In this document: one piece after another, positions 29,033 to 39,568 of the stretch
Layout of the letters: every line of letters begins with the position of its first letter
How positions within the stretch are numbered: position 1 is the stretch's first letter
NCBI GenBank assembly: GCA_965552055.1
Contig: CBEVQO010000004.1
Location: 64,001-128,000 of the forward strand
DNA from: an uncultured bacterium
GTDB lineage: Bacteria; Hydrothermota; UBA3073; NMUJ01; CBEVQO01
Reading direction: 5' to 3'
DNA length: 64,000 bases
Position numbers and translations under genes: made by a program
The notes under the pieces: model-generated
What the model was told of the DNA's origin: nothing
Databases searched by the model: none
The model's input: the letters and a program-made list of their open reading frames with translations, nothing else

Positions 29033-29654
29033 CACGGATATATGGGTGTGGATAGCTGCATTTTTGACACTCTGTATTTATTCTTTCCTTTACAGGGATA
29101 ATCCTTTCTTCAAGCTTGCTGAGCACATTTTTATAGGTGCTAGCGTTGGGTATTCGATAGCACTGACATGGCATCTTGTGGCTATACCCAAAATATATGA
29201 CCCTTTAAAAAGGGCGTTTGCATCCGGAGACCCTGCACAAATAGTTCTCGCCATAATACCCGTTTGCCTCGGAGCATTAATGTTTTCCCGGCTTTTCCCA
29301 AGGATTTCATGGCTATCACTGATACCCATGGGCTACATGATAGGTCTGGGAGCAGGCTTATCGTTACCTCGAGGCTTTCAGGCGTATATTTTCAAGCATA
29401 TACAGAATACAATACTCGTGACACCCATTACTATCAGCCAAGTGATAGCATTTATTGCAGTTATAACGACACTCACCTATTTCTTCTTCTCAGTAGAGCA
29501 TAAAGGACCTGTTCGATATGTTGCCCGTGTAGGAATTTATTTCCTTATGGCATCATTTGGAGCATCATTTGGTTATACCGTTATGGCAAGATTATCATTG
29601 CTCATTGGAAGGTTACAATTTTTGCTAAAAGACTGGTTGGGGATAATTAAATGA
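29022..29654 (+). CDS. Uncharacterised multi-TM membrane protein (operon gene 4)
   Basis: YSFLY.DNP.F..AEHI..G, YFFFS, FGA.FG.TVM.R.SLLIGR..FL. Confidence 0.8.
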   Translation: MSVSTDIWVWIAAFLTLCIYSFLYRDNPFFKLAEHIFIGASVGYSIALTWHLVAIPKIYDPLKRAFASGDPAQIVLAIIPVCLGALMFSRLFPRISWLSLIPMGYMIGLGAGLSLPRGFQAYIFKHIQNTILVTPITISQVIAFIAVITTLTYFFFSVEHKGPVRYVARVGIYFLMASFGASFGYTVMARLSLLIGRLQFLLKDWLGIIK

Positions 29655-31456
29655 AAGATTTATCCCTGACGGATTATTTCCGTGTGATAAAAAAAAGAAT
29701 ATGGTGGCTTTTTATTTTTATGATTTCCGTTCCTTTATTTTTGAAATTCACACAGAAAAAACATATTCCCTTATACAGGGCGGTTGCCAGGGTGAAAATT
29801 TTTCCCCGTCGTCCCGTTGTTACCGTATCACAGGGCGGGATAACATGGTGGGAGCAGAGACAGGGACTTGAGACCGAGATTCAAACTGTAAAAAGTTACA
29901 GAGTATTAAAACATGCTGCAAATTTACTCAACTTATTCGAAAACGCACATTCAAAATACGATAGTCTTGGGATAATAGAAAATATTAGGAGAAAAATAAG
30001 AGCATCTCAGGTTAAGAATACCGATTTTATAGAAATACAGGTTACGGATGTGAATCCGGAATTTGCTGCTTCTCTTGCCAATGCAGTTGCGCAGGCTTAC
30101 ATAAAAGAATATGTAGCAGAGAGAATAAGTTCGGAGCAAAAGCAGTTATCTTTTATTGAAGAATATTTGAAAGATGTGGAAAAGATGCTCGAAGAATATA
30201 GCAAAAGATTATCTGATTTTTACGCATCTCCGGAATATGCGAAATTAATGACAGCACAAGAAATGAGGAAAAAACTTGGAGCACTTTATCTTAAACTGGC
30301 TTCGCTTATGCAAACATATAAAGAAGGTTATCCTGAGATACAAAAAATAAAGGAAGAAATAGCGAAAATAACCGAAATTTTGAAAAATTTCCCGGGTTCC
30401 AATATAGAATATGAAAGGCTCACAAGAGATTTAGAGATAAATAAAAAAGTGTATTCGATGTTAAGGACAAAATTGATGGAAATAAAGTTACAGCAGCTTG
30501 AGAAGATAAAAGAACCTGTTCTCGCGAGTCCCGCTGTGCCACCTCGTACGCCGATAAATCCACATACAAAAATTAATCTCGCAATAGGGTTAATGGCAGG
30601 GATAATTTTAGGTATTCTGGCATGTTTTATAGCTGAAGCACTTGACCCGACATTTTCATCAGTTGAAGATATTGAAGCAAAAACAAAATTACCTATAGTG
30701 GGTGTAATACCCGAAATGGTAAGAAGTAAAGAGAAGACATTGATACCAAAGGATACCCCTGAACTGATAAAAGAGTCTTATCTGCTTTTGACAGTCAATT
30801 TAATGCCGAAGATTGAAAATACGAAACATCTTGTCATCACATCTTCCTTGCCGGGTGAGGGTAAAACAACTACTGCTTTAAATCTTGCGCTATCTATAGC
30901 GATGTATGGGAAAAAGGTTCGACTTATCGATTTTGATTTTAAAAAACCAAGTATTTATAGCATTTTCAATATTAGGGCAAATGGTGCAGAGAAAGGATGT
31001 AATATTGTTGATGTCTTGATTGCAAATCCCAGTTTAAGGAAAGATATTTTATCCCAGCCTGCTCTCTCTAACTTTTTCTTCTATGAGGCAGGGAGATATA
31101 TAAAAGATTACAGGCGCTTTATAGAATCGAAAGAATTTGAACATTTACTTATGCTTTTGTCACAAGATGTGGATATTGCGATAATTGATACCTCACCGAT
31201 TTTGACAACATCCGAAAGTTTACTTATAGCCACTAAGTTAAGAAAAGCATTGCTTGTACATAGATTGAAACATACACCAAAAACTGCTCTCGAAAGGGCA
31301 ATTTCTCTTTTAAAGAGAAATGGAGTGGAACTTGTGGGAATAACATTGAACATGATAAAACCAGATGATATTCCTTCATCTTACGGATATTACTACAAAA
31401 AATATTATAAGAAATATTACAAATACGGCTATGCTAAGAAAATGAAATGCTCTTAA
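29651..31456 (+). CDS. Wzc-like polysaccharide co-polymerase / BY tyrosine kinase (copy 1)
   Basis: Wzz-type TM-coiled coil-TM, Walker A GEGKT, IDFD, IIDTSP, Tyr-rich C-terminus. Confidence 0.9.
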   Translation: MKDLSLTDYFRVIKKRIWWLFIFMISVPLFLKFTQKKHIPLYRAVARVKIFPRRPVVTVSQGGITWWEQRQGLETEIQTVKSYRVLKHAANLLNLFENAHSKYDSLGIIENIRRKIRASQVKNTDFIEIQVTDVNPEFAASLANAVAQAYIKEYVAERISSEQKQLSFIEEYLKDVEKMLEEYSKRLSDFYASPEYAKLMTAQEMRKKLGALYLKLASLMQTYKEGYPEIQKIKEEIAKITEILKNFPGSNIEYERLTRDLEINKKVYSMLRTKLMEIKLQQLEKIKEPVLASPAVPPRTPINPHTKINLAIGLMAGIILGILACFIAEALDPTFSSVEDIEAKTKLPIVGVIPEMVRSKEKTLIPKDTPELIKESYLLLTVNLMPKIENTKHLVITSSLPGEGKTTTALNLALSIAMYGKKVRLIDFDFKKPSIYSIFNIRANGAEKGCNIVDVLIANPSLRKDILSQPALSNFFFYEAGRYIKDYRRFIESKEFEHLLMLLSQDVDIAIIDTSPILTTSESLLIATKLRKALLVHRLKHTPKTALERAISLLKRNGVELVGITLNMIKPDDIPSSYGYYYKKYYKKYYKYGYAKKMKCS

Positions 31457-33501
31457 TTTTTCTCCTTTTAAAAACAGTTGAATTTGGTAGAGCAGGTGAT
31501 GGTGCTGATTTTTTACCCTATACTTTTTGCTTTGATTCACTCAACAGAAAGTTCAAAATAACGGATACAGCAGAGAGGTTAATTACCAGAGATTCCGTCA
31601 CTTTCTATTATGGTAAAAAAGCAGGTTTTACAATTTATGAAGGAGATTCTGAATATATTTTAAGTAAAGGGCTTAAAATAACAGGTTTTCGTCTAACAGA
31701 TGTTAATTTTTTATCCCCTGAGATACCCGGGTTTGGAACCGTATATGTAGACCCATTGAATGGTAGATTTAAATTTTCACCGATTAAATTGTGGCAGATT
31801 CAAAAAATAGATACATCAAATTTAACTACAGAAGATATCATAATATTAAGTAATAAAGATTTATCTTTTTGTGCATTTTCAAAAACATCTGCAAAAAGAG
31901 CGAGATTCGATGCAAGGAGATATACCATTAAACAATTTCTGGAAAGAAGGATAAAATTGCCCGCAGATTTTTTATATTTTTCGGAAAAAGAAGATACATG
32001 GGAAACATCCTTAATAATTCAGGATGCTTTTTCACCTGAGCTTTCGCTTAAAAATGATACTTTGATTTTGAACTGCATCTATTTCGATGGTGCACATTAT
32101 GTTGTAAGAAGCAAGTTAAAATATAAAGATAACTGGATTTTCGATGGGATAATAAGTTACACCAATTATGATGTTTTATCTCATTCCTTATCTCAGGATT
32201 TTTGTGTTTTTACGCAATATGATAGTGTTTTCTCTCCAAATTTATACTTTGCGAGGTTTACGGGTAGTTGGGGGGATTATCAGATGCTCGATTCCGCATA
32301 CATTTATCAGCCCTGTATCTCAAAGAATGGAAATTTAGCAATTTGTACCTATCTTAAAAAAGTTGGTTTATATTATAGGGTGTTTTCATGTTTTTACAGT
32401 GATACATGGTCTTCTCCTTTCTTAATAGATGCTGGTACAAAAGATGCAATATCGCCTTTGTGTGTTGCTGATACTTTATCTTTTTGTGTATTCTGTCAGT
32501 ATGATACAAAGGATACGCTGGCTGTTTATGCTGTAACTTTTGAAGGAGGAGGATATTCTCCGCCATACAGGCTGTCACAAAGGGGTATTATTTCGCAAAA
32601 TCCCGATATTTGTGTGAGAGGCAAAAAAGCAATATGCGTCTGGGAAGGTTATGTTGCTGATACTTTGCTTGCAATTTTTGGAGCAGTATATGATAATGGC
32701 TGGACTCAACCAGAGATAATAAGTGGAGATATTTCTTCTTCGTGTTATAATCCCAAAGTGGAATTCAAATCGGATGGAAATGCAATATGTGTATTTCAGA
32801 AATGGGATGGGTGTATCTTAAAGATAATGGGTGTTGAATGGTCAGGAGAATGGGGGTCAATTTTTGTGATAGGTGATTCAAATTCTAAAAATTACGATTT
32901 TACTCTGGATAATGTAGATGATATCTTTGTTGCATATTCAGATAGTTTTTGTTTTGTTAAGTGGCAGGAAAGTGATATTCCAAAAAGAGAAGTTTTTGTG
33001 AGCTATAGTTTTAATGTGCCACCAATATTATTGTGGACCGGTGAGCAGGGATTTGAGAATGACGGAGTTGAAGAAATAGCAGAAAATAAATTTTTATTCA
33101 AAGTAAAATATTTTGACGAGGATAATAATTTGCCTCAAAAATGTCTTTTGCAAATTGATTTAGATGGGGACAATTTATTTGAGTCTTCAGAAAGTTTTGA
33201 GATGACAAAAGATACGGGCTGGATTTATTGTAAGGAACTGGAGATTTCCGATACCGGGACATATTTTTATAAGTTTCATTTTGAAGATTATTGTGATACT
33301 GCTTCAGGAGAACCCGCTTTACCGCATGCATTTACAAACATTGTTATCATGGAAAATAGAAAGGCATTAAAAAATGAGAAAGAGATTTATGATATACTTG
33401 GCAGACGAATCTCTAAATCTATAAAAGAACTGCCATCGGGAATATATTTTATTTATGACAAAAAAACACTTGCCAAATCCAAAATAGTGATTATAAAATA
33501 A
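31447..33501 (+). CDS. Secreted beta-rich repeat protein with short T9SS-like CTD
   Basis: Hydrophobic N-terminus, W..P..I repeats, C-terminal YDILGRR..PSGIYFI..KIVIIK. Confidence 0.75.
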   Translation: MLLIFLLLKTVEFGRAGDGADFLPYTFCFDSLNRKFKITDTAERLITRDSVTFYYGKKAGFTIYEGDSEYILSKGLKITGFRLTDVNFLSPEIPGFGTVYVDPLNGRFKFSPIKLWQIQKIDTSNLTTEDIIILSNKDLSFCAFSKTSAKRARFDARRYTIKQFLERRIKLPADFLYFSEKEDTWETSLIIQDAFSPELSLKNDTLILNCIYFDGAHYVVRSKLKYKDNWIFDGIISYTNYDVLSHSLSQDFCVFTQYDSVFSPNLYFARFTGSWGDYQMLDSAYIYQPCISKNGNLAICTYLKKVGLYYRVFSCFYSDTWSSPFLIDAGTKDAISPLCVADTLSFCVFCQYDTKDTLAVYAVTFEGGGYSPPYRLSQRGIISQNPDICVRGKKAICVWEGYVADTLLAIFGAVYDNGWTQPEIISGDISSSCYNPKVEFKSDGNAICVFQKWDGCILKIMGVEWSGEWGSIFVIGDSNSKNYDFTLDNVDDIFVAYSDSFCFVKWQESDIPKREVFVSYSFNVPPILLWTGEQGFENDGVEEIAENKFLFKVKYFDEDNNLPQKCLLQIDLDGDNLFESSESFEMTKDTGWIYCKELEISDTGTYFYKFHFEDYCDTASGEPALPHAFTNIVIMENRKALKNEKEIYDILGRRISKSIKELPSGIYFIYDKKTLAKSKIVIIK

Positions 33502-33520
33502 TAATGGGGAAGGAGGGGGT

Positions 33521-35005
33521 ATGTTGAGATATCTTTTACCTGTATTCCTCTTTTTAAATTTATACGGTGAATGGACGATGTATCGTGCGGATTTAAAAAA
33601 TACAGGAAAGGTCGATGAACCATTAATGCCTCCTCTGGCACTTGTGTGGAAATATGAAATAGGAGCTCCTGTTGTGTCTTCACCAGCTGTAAAAGATGGG
33701 ATTCTTTACATTGGTGCAAGGGATGGCTATCTTTATGCGATAAGTATCAAAAATGGTGCTTTGAGATGGAAATTCAAAACAGGGAGGGGCGTTGATTGTA
33801 CTCCTCTGGTTTATAAAAATATGGTATTCTTTACTGCTCGTGATGGCTATGTTTATTGCATTGACAGGCGTACAGGTGCTTTAAAATGGCATAAGAAAAT
33901 GGGTGGTATGATGATGTCATCACCCAAACCTTACGGTAATACTATAATATTCGGAAGGGGACATCCTCGACCGGGTATAGTTTGTGTAAATATAAGAGAC
34001 GGAAGTATAAAATGGGAAGTCAGAGCAGATCAATTTGTTTATTCTACTATAGCGATTGATGGCGATACAGGATTTATTGGTGCTAATGATGGTAAATTGT
34101 ATGCGATAAGCTTAAAAGATGGGAGATTGTTGTGGACAAAAGAAACAAAAGGCATGTTTTATGTAAATAGCCCTGTGGTGGATGACAGGGTTTACGCCGT
34201 ACCCGGTTATCGCGATAATACACTGCATATTTATACGAAAAACGGCAAAAAGCAAAAACTCGCTTTAAAAATGGAAGTTAAGAAAATAGAAGCAGGTTTG
34301 CCTTATCCAATTGCTCAGCGATTAACAGGTGTGAAAATCTCTCGAAAAGTAATATCATATCTTTATGTTTCATCTCCTGCATTGAGTGAGAAGTCACTGG
34401 TATATGTTGCTGGTCAGAATTTATATTGTGTTGATAAATTTGCTGATACTGTGAAGTGGAAATACAATGTTGGTTCACCTTTAAAGATGGGATATGTCCC
34501 TTCTCCTGTAATCACGGATTCGATTATATGGGTTGTAAGTGCTACAGGTGTAATCTATGCATTTACGGAATCAGGCAAATTGCTATTTTCTGATTCTCTT
34601 CACAGCAATGTATTTGCTTCTCCTGTAGTTTCTGATAATATGCTATTTGTTGCATCATACGATGGTCATATTTATGCCTTTTCATCTACTCAGAAACCTT
34701 CCCCCGGTATCTTTCCAGAAAGATTTACTTTTTATCCCAATTATCCTAATCCTTTCCGTGGTAAAACAACGATAAAATTTGCTGTTCCATTTACCGAAAA
34801 TAAAATAAGGGTGAGAATTGTGGTTTACGATGTATGTGGTAGAGAAGTTTCTGTTATAACAGATAAGGATTATGCGCCTGGCGTTTATATTTTGCGATGG
34901 AGCGGTGAAGACAAAAGAGGAAGGTCTTTGCCTCCCGGGATTTATTTTTGTAGAATGGAAGCAGGTAAATTTAACAGGGTGAGGAAGATTGTAAAAATAA
35001 GATGA
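33521..35005 (+). CDS. PQQ-like beta-propeller repeat protein with FlgD/T9SS-type CTD
   Basis: W.MYR, SSPAV.DG.LY.G..DG.LYA repeats, YPNPF..YDV.GR..PGIYF.RM. Confidence 0.88.
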   Translation: MLRYLLPVFLFLNLYGEWTMYRADLKNTGKVDEPLMPPLALVWKYEIGAPVVSSPAVKDGILYIGARDGYLYAISIKNGALRWKFKTGRGVDCTPLVYKNMVFFTARDGYVYCIDRRTGALKWHKKMGGMMMSSPKPYGNTIIFGRGHPRPGIVCVNIRDGSIKWEVRADQFVYSTIAIDGDTGFIGANDGKLYAISLKDGRLLWTKETKGMFYVNSPVVDDRVYAVPGYRDNTLHIYTKNGKKQKLALKMEVKKIEAGLPYPIAQRLTGVKISRKVISYLYVSSPALSEKSLVYVAGQNLYCVDKFADTVKWKYNVGSPLKMGYVPSPVITDSIIWVVSATGVIYAFTESGKLLFSDSLHSNVFASPVVSDNMLFVASYDGHIYAFSSTQKPSPGIFPERFTFYPNYPNPFRGKTTIKFAVPFTENKIRVRIVVYDVCGREVSVITDKDYAPGVYILRWSGEDKRGRSLPPGIYFCRMEAGKFNRVRKIVKIR

Positions 35006-36822
35006 GAAGCGAGTTGCAATTACAGGATTATTTAAGGATTTTCCGTAAAAGAATCTGGTGGATTTTAGGATGCACGGTTTTTGTCCCCCTTGCTATGAAG
35101 ATGACGATGAAAGAGCCTGTGCCATATTATCGAGCGACTGCGGTTGTTGAATTGCCACGCAGAAAACCTTTATTTATGATATCCGGAGGTAAAATGATGT
35201 GGTGGTCACAAACAGAAGATATATCGACACAGATGGAGATAATTAAAAGTCAAAAAGTAATATTAGAAGCAGTTAGGAAAATGGGATTGATTTCTAAGAA
35301 TGAAGAAAATGAAAATCTTGTGCGTTCCTTACGCAGAAAAATAAATACAAGGAGAATAGAAAAAACGAGACTCATACAGATACAGGTTACGGACAGAAAT
35401 CCTCAATTTGCAAAAGATTTTGCGAATGCACTCGCAGAAAGTTATATCGAACATTATTCTTCGTATATGCGAGCAAAAACAGAGGAACAGAGGAAATTTA
35501 TAGAAGAGCATCTAAAAGTAGTCAGGAGAAAAATAAAAGAGATAGAAGATGAAATAAAAAGATTTAAAAGTAGCAAAGAATATTTAAAATTAAATGAAGC
35601 AAAGATACTAGAAAATAAATTGGGTGAACTTTCTTTAAAATTATCGTCACTTTTAGAAAAATACACAGAGGATAATCCAGAGGTCCAAAAGTTAAAAGAG
35701 GAGATAAAAAGAGTTCAAAGATTACTGGGCGAAGCCGCTGGCAAAGAAACAGAGATGGAAAACTTATACTATCAACTTGAATTGAATAAAAAAATACTTA
35801 ATTCTTTGACAACAAAATTACTTGAGGTAAGTTTAAATAGAATAGAGGAGGAAGAAAATCCCGTGCTTGTGAGCAAGGCATCTTTACCTGTTGTTCCTAT
35901 AAATCCCAGAAAGAAGTTAAATTTGGTGATAGGAATAGTGTCGGGTATAATCTTTGGATTGCTTTTTGCGGTTTTGGCAGAGATGCTCGATACTTCTTTA
36001 TCTTCACCAGAAGAAATTGAGGAGAAATTTAAAATCAGTGTATTGGGGATAATCCCCGTGATAAAGGAACAGGAGAAGCTTTTATTGTTTTCTTCTAAAT
36101 TCCGTTTTCGTGATGACTACATGAGTTTGCTAACCAATATTATACTCAAAGCAGGGCATGATGCGAATATGGTGGTGGTGACATCGGCGTTGCCAAACGA
36201 GGGCAAAACTTTAACCGCATGCAACCTGGCGACTATAAGTGCTTTAAATGGCAAAAAAACATTGTTGATAGATTGCGATTTGAGAAAGCCTGACATTTTT
36301 AGAATTTTAAATCTACCACTGACCCCGGGATTGAAAGAAATAATCGATAATGAAGCTAAAAAAGAAAAAGCAATACATGATATAACAAGTATTTTAATTG
36401 CTAATTCCGAAAAGAGAATAGAAATCATGAATAAAAAGAGTCTTACAAAACTAAATGTCTTAACTTCGGGCAAAATTTCAAATGATTATGAGAGAATCTT
36501 TGTCAATCCTTCTTTCACAAGGTTATTACGCTATTTGAAGGAGCATTATGAATTTTGCGTTATAGATGCACCTCCACTTTTGACCGCACCGGAAACTCTC
36601 TCGTTGATTTCACAGGTAAAAAGCGTTATAATAGTCAGTCAAAAGCATAAAAATTCAAGAGAACTAATAAAAAGAATAACCCAGATAATAAAAGATATAA
36701 ATATCAACTTCTGTGGTATTGTTTTGAATAATGTAAGAGAAAAAGAGATAGAAGGACAACCCGGCTATTACAGATATTACAGGTATTACAAATATTACAA
36801 AAAATACTACAAAAACAAGTGA
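35002..36822 (+). CDS. Wzc-like polysaccharide co-polymerase / BY tyrosine kinase (copy 2)
   Basis: NEGKT, IDCDLRKP, IDAPP, C-terminal YYRYYRYYKYYKKYY. Confidence 0.9.
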   Translation: MRSELQLQDYLRIFRKRIWWILGCTVFVPLAMKMTMKEPVPYYRATAVVELPRRKPLFMISGGKMMWWSQTEDISTQMEIIKSQKVILEAVRKMGLISKNEENENLVRSLRRKINTRRIEKTRLIQIQVTDRNPQFAKDFANALAESYIEHYSSYMRAKTEEQRKFIEEHLKVVRRKIKEIEDEIKRFKSSKEYLKLNEAKILENKLGELSLKLSSLLEKYTEDNPEVQKLKEEIKRVQRLLGEAAGKETEMENLYYQLELNKKILNSLTTKLLEVSLNRIEEEENPVLVSKASLPVVPINPRKKLNLVIGIVSGIIFGLLFAVLAEMLDTSLSSPEEIEEKFKISVLGIIPVIKEQEKLLLFSSKFRFRDDYMSLLTNIILKAGHDANMVVVTSALPNEGKTLTACNLATISALNGKKTLLIDCDLRKPDIFRILNLPLTPGLKEIIDNEAKKEKAIHDITSILIANSEKRIEIMNKKSLTKLNVLTSGKISNDYERIFVNPSFTRLLRYLKEHYEFCVIDAPPLLTAPETLSLISQVKSVIIVSQKHKNSRELIKRITQIIKDININFCGIVLNNVREKEIEGQPGYYRYYRYYKYYKKYYKNK

Positions 36823-38162
36823 GGGCAAATATTTTAACTCTTTTGATTCTCGTTTTTCTTTTATTCCTTTTCTTTTATTCCTATAATAACCTCGGGATAA
36901 TGCGTACGGAATTTCTTCTGCTTCTTCCGATAGGAATAGGCATACTTTTGCTTACACTTCTCAAAGCAGAAATAGGCTTATATTTTGTTGTTCTTTCAAT
37001 AATTTTTTCTCCGGAAATAAACTTGGGCTATTTACCCCAGCATGATTTGATGGTTAGATTTGATGATTTACTGCTTGGACTTGTTCTATTCAGCTGGCTT
37101 GCAAGGATTGCCGTTTTCAAAGATGATAAACCAATACCTGATACTCCTTTAAATCGTCCAATTTTTTATTACATGTCTGCTACAATATTTCCATCGGTTA
37201 TAAGTGTGATAAAAGGAGAGGCAAATTTACTCGCAGTGTTTTTTCATATACTTAAATACATAGAATACTTCCTGTTGTTTTTTATGACATATGTCATATT
37301 GAAAAAAGATTATCAGAAGTATGTTATAATTGGATTAATACTTTTCACTTCGGTTATTGCGTGTCTGTATTCGTTTCCACATGCTGGTAAAGGAAGATTG
37401 GGTGCACCATTTGAATATCCTCCTGAGCCCAACACTTACGGCGGATTTTTGCTTATAAATCAGGCAATACTTTTAAGCATAATAACACATACAGATGATG
37501 TGAAGAAAAAAGTTTTGTCTTTTATGATTTTGTCTTTAAATCTTTATATAACACTTTATACTCTTTCGCGTTGCACTTATATGGCTATGCTTTTCCTTTA
37601 TCCTTATGCCCTGCTTACAGGAAAAAAGAAGAAATCTTTAATTTTTTATTTGACAATGGGTTTGCTTGTTATGTTCATGTGGAAGCCACAAAAAGTGATA
37701 GAAAGAATAATGAATACATTTAAACCAACAGGCGGTATTTTCTTCGGGATACCTCTTGATTCTTCTGCTGCAGCAAGATTAATAAGCTGGAAAATTTTGT
37801 TTCTTAATGCAATAAGGAGTTACAAATTTATAATAGGGCATGGAGTTACTACATTTTTCGTTGATTCACAGTATGTAAGAGTTTTTGGAGAAGCAGGAAT
37901 AATAGGGCTTATTACCTTCTTCTATTTGCTTATTACCCTTTACTCAAATCTTATAAAGGTTTATAATGAAGTGAAGGAAAATAGTGATAAAATAATTTCT
38001 TATTCTGCACTTTTGGCTTTAATAGGTATCTGTATTCATGCGATAACTGCGAATTCTTTTATAATTATAAGGATAGCGGAACCTTTCTGGATATTGATGG
38101 CTGTTGCTCTTAAATTACCGGAGGTTTCAAAATGGAAGAGAAAAGAATACTCGAAAGTATAG
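36819..38162 (+). CDS. O-antigen ligase/polymerase (Wzy_C/WaaL-like) membrane protein
   Basis: Many TMs; PN..G..L, T.SR, S...R...W, G.G and E.G.IG motifs. Confidence 0.8.
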   Translation: MRANILTLLILVFLLFLFFYSYNNLGIMRTEFLLLLPIGIGILLLTLLKAEIGLYFVVLSIIFSPEINLGYLPQHDLMVRFDDLLLGLVLFSWLARIAVFKDDKPIPDTPLNRPIFYYMSATIFPSVISVIKGEANLLAVFFHILKYIEYFLLFFMTYVILKKDYQKYVIIGLILFTSVIACLYSFPHAGKGRLGAPFEYPPEPNTYGGFLLINQAILLSIITHTDDVKKKVLSFMILSLNLYITLYTLSRCTYMAMLFLYPYALLTGKKKKSLIFYLTMGLLVMFMWKPQKVIERIMNTFKPTGGIFFGIPLDSSAAARLISWKILFLNAIRSYKFIIGHGVTTFFVDSQYVRVFGEAGIIGLITFFYLLITLYSNLIKVYNEVKENSDKIISYSALLALIGICIHAITANSFIIIRIAEPFWILMAVALKLPEVSKWKRKEYSKV

Positions 38163-38689
38163 GAGCGATTAAAAGGGGGCATTTTTTACTATCATCGGGA
38201 TTACATAGTGATATTTATTTCGATAAATTTAGATTGCTCCAGTACCCTGAATATGTTAAAAGATTCTGCCAGAAGATAGCAGATGCATTTAAAGATAAAG
38301 GTATTACTCTTGTTGTGGGACCAGAGAAAGGTGGCATTATAATCGCTTATGAAGTTGCGAGTCAAATCGGAGTAAGATGTGCTTTTGCAGAAAAATCAGA
38401 AGATAAACTTTGTTTTAAAAGAGATTTTTATTTCAAGGAGAATGAAAAAGTTTTGATAGTGGACGATGTTCTAACAACAGGGGGTTCTATAAAAAAAGTA
38501 ATGACTCTCATAAAAGAGAGAAAGTGGGATATTGCTGGAATAGCTGTTTTAATTGACAGAGCTGTATTTCCATTAAATTTAAATATGGATGTATTTTCTG
38601 TGGTGAAAGTAGAGGCAAATGTTTATAGACCCGAAGATTGTCCTTTATGTAAAATGGGTTTGGAGTTAAAAAGATTGGGGGGCAAATGA
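38132..38689 (+). CDS. pyrE: Orotate phosphoribosyltransferase
   Basis: GHF.LSSG.HS..Y, DDVLTTGGS, C-terminal CPLC. Confidence 0.93.
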   Translation: MEEKRILESIGAIKRGHFLLSSGLHSDIYFDKFRLLQYPEYVKRFCQKIADAFKDKGITLVVGPEKGGIIIAYEVASQIGVRCAFAEKSEDKLCFKRDFYFKENEKVLIVDDVLTTGGSIKKVMTLIKERKWDIAGIAVLIDRAVFPLNLNMDVFSVVKVEANVYRPEDCPLCKMGLELKRLGGK

Positions 38690-38952
38690 GTGGCTTACTG
38701 AATTTAATACCAATATTTTTAATCTTTCTCGTAATTTATTTATTGCTCGTGTTACCACAGATGCAGGAACAGAAGAGATTGAAAAAGCTGATAGAAAACC
38801 TGAAAGAAGGCGATAAGGTTGTTACGCAGGGAGGGATACACGGTGTCGTTAAGAAAGTAGAGAAGAATACAGTTACTCTGAAAATAGCTCCAAAGGCAGA
38901 AGTTGTCTTTGAAAAGACGGCTATTGTAAGAGTTATAGGTAAAAAATCTTGA
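38686..38952 (+). CDS. yajC: Preprotein translocase subunit YajC
   Basis: N-terminal TM, PQ, GDKVVT.GGIHG.V. Confidence 0.93.
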   Translation: MSGLLNLIPIFLIFLVIYLLLVLPQMQEQKRLKKLIENLKEGDKVVTQGGIHGVVKKVEKNTVTLKIAPKAEVVFEKTAIVRVIGKKS

Positions 38953-38975
38953 CATACTCATGAGAAGATTATAAT
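38949..38975 (+). promoter_or_regulatory. Promoter TTGACA-N15-TATAAT; rnfE probably leaderless
   Basis: Perfect boxes, ATG 5 nt downstream. Confidence 0.75.
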
Positions 38976-38980
38976 AAAAG

Positions 38981-39568
38981 ATGAGGATTATTAAAGAAGG
39001 GATAGTTGATAACAATCCTGTTCTTTCGCTGATGCTTGGTCTTTGTCCCACGCTTGCGGTATCTACAACTGCTTTGAATGCGCTGGGTATGGGAGCAGCC
39101 GTTATCTTCGTGCTGACCTTCTCAAATATCACAATATCAGCGATTAGAAAATGGGTACCAGAATCCGTTAGAATACCCGTTTATATTATAGTGATTTCCA
39201 CTTTTGTTACGATAATAGATTATGTGATGCATGCTTTTGCACCCGAAATTTATGCTCATCTTGGTATTTTTGTCCCCCTTATTGTGGTTAATTGCATAAT
39301 TCTTGGTAGAGCTGAGGGCTTTGCTTCAAAGCACAGCGTGTGGGAGGCTTTCCTTGATGGTATTGGTTGTGGAATAGGTTTTACCCTTGTAATTTTTATA
39401 ATGGGTGCAATAAGGGAAATTCTTGGAGCGGGTACGCTTTTTGGCAGGGCAATTTTGCCACAGGCGTTCCTTGAAAAACCAGTGATTTATATGATTTTGC
39501 CACCCGGTGGCTTTTTGATAATTGCAATTTTGATGGCTTTGACTAACTGGATGAGGAGGAAGAGATGA
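38981..39568 (+). CDS. rnfE: Rnf/Rsx electron transport complex subunit E
   Basis: NP...LGLCPTLAV, PLIVVNCIILGRAE, LPPGGF. Confidence 0.93.
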   Translation: MRIIKEGIVDNNPVLSLMLGLCPTLAVSTTALNALGMGAAVIFVLTFSNITISAIRKWVPESVRIPVYIIVISTFVTIIDYVMHAFAPEIYAHLGIFVPLIVVNCIILGRAEGFASKHSVWEAFLDGIGCGIGFTLVIFIMGAIREILGAGTLFGRAILPQAFLEKPVIYMILPPGGFLIIAILMALTNWMRRKR

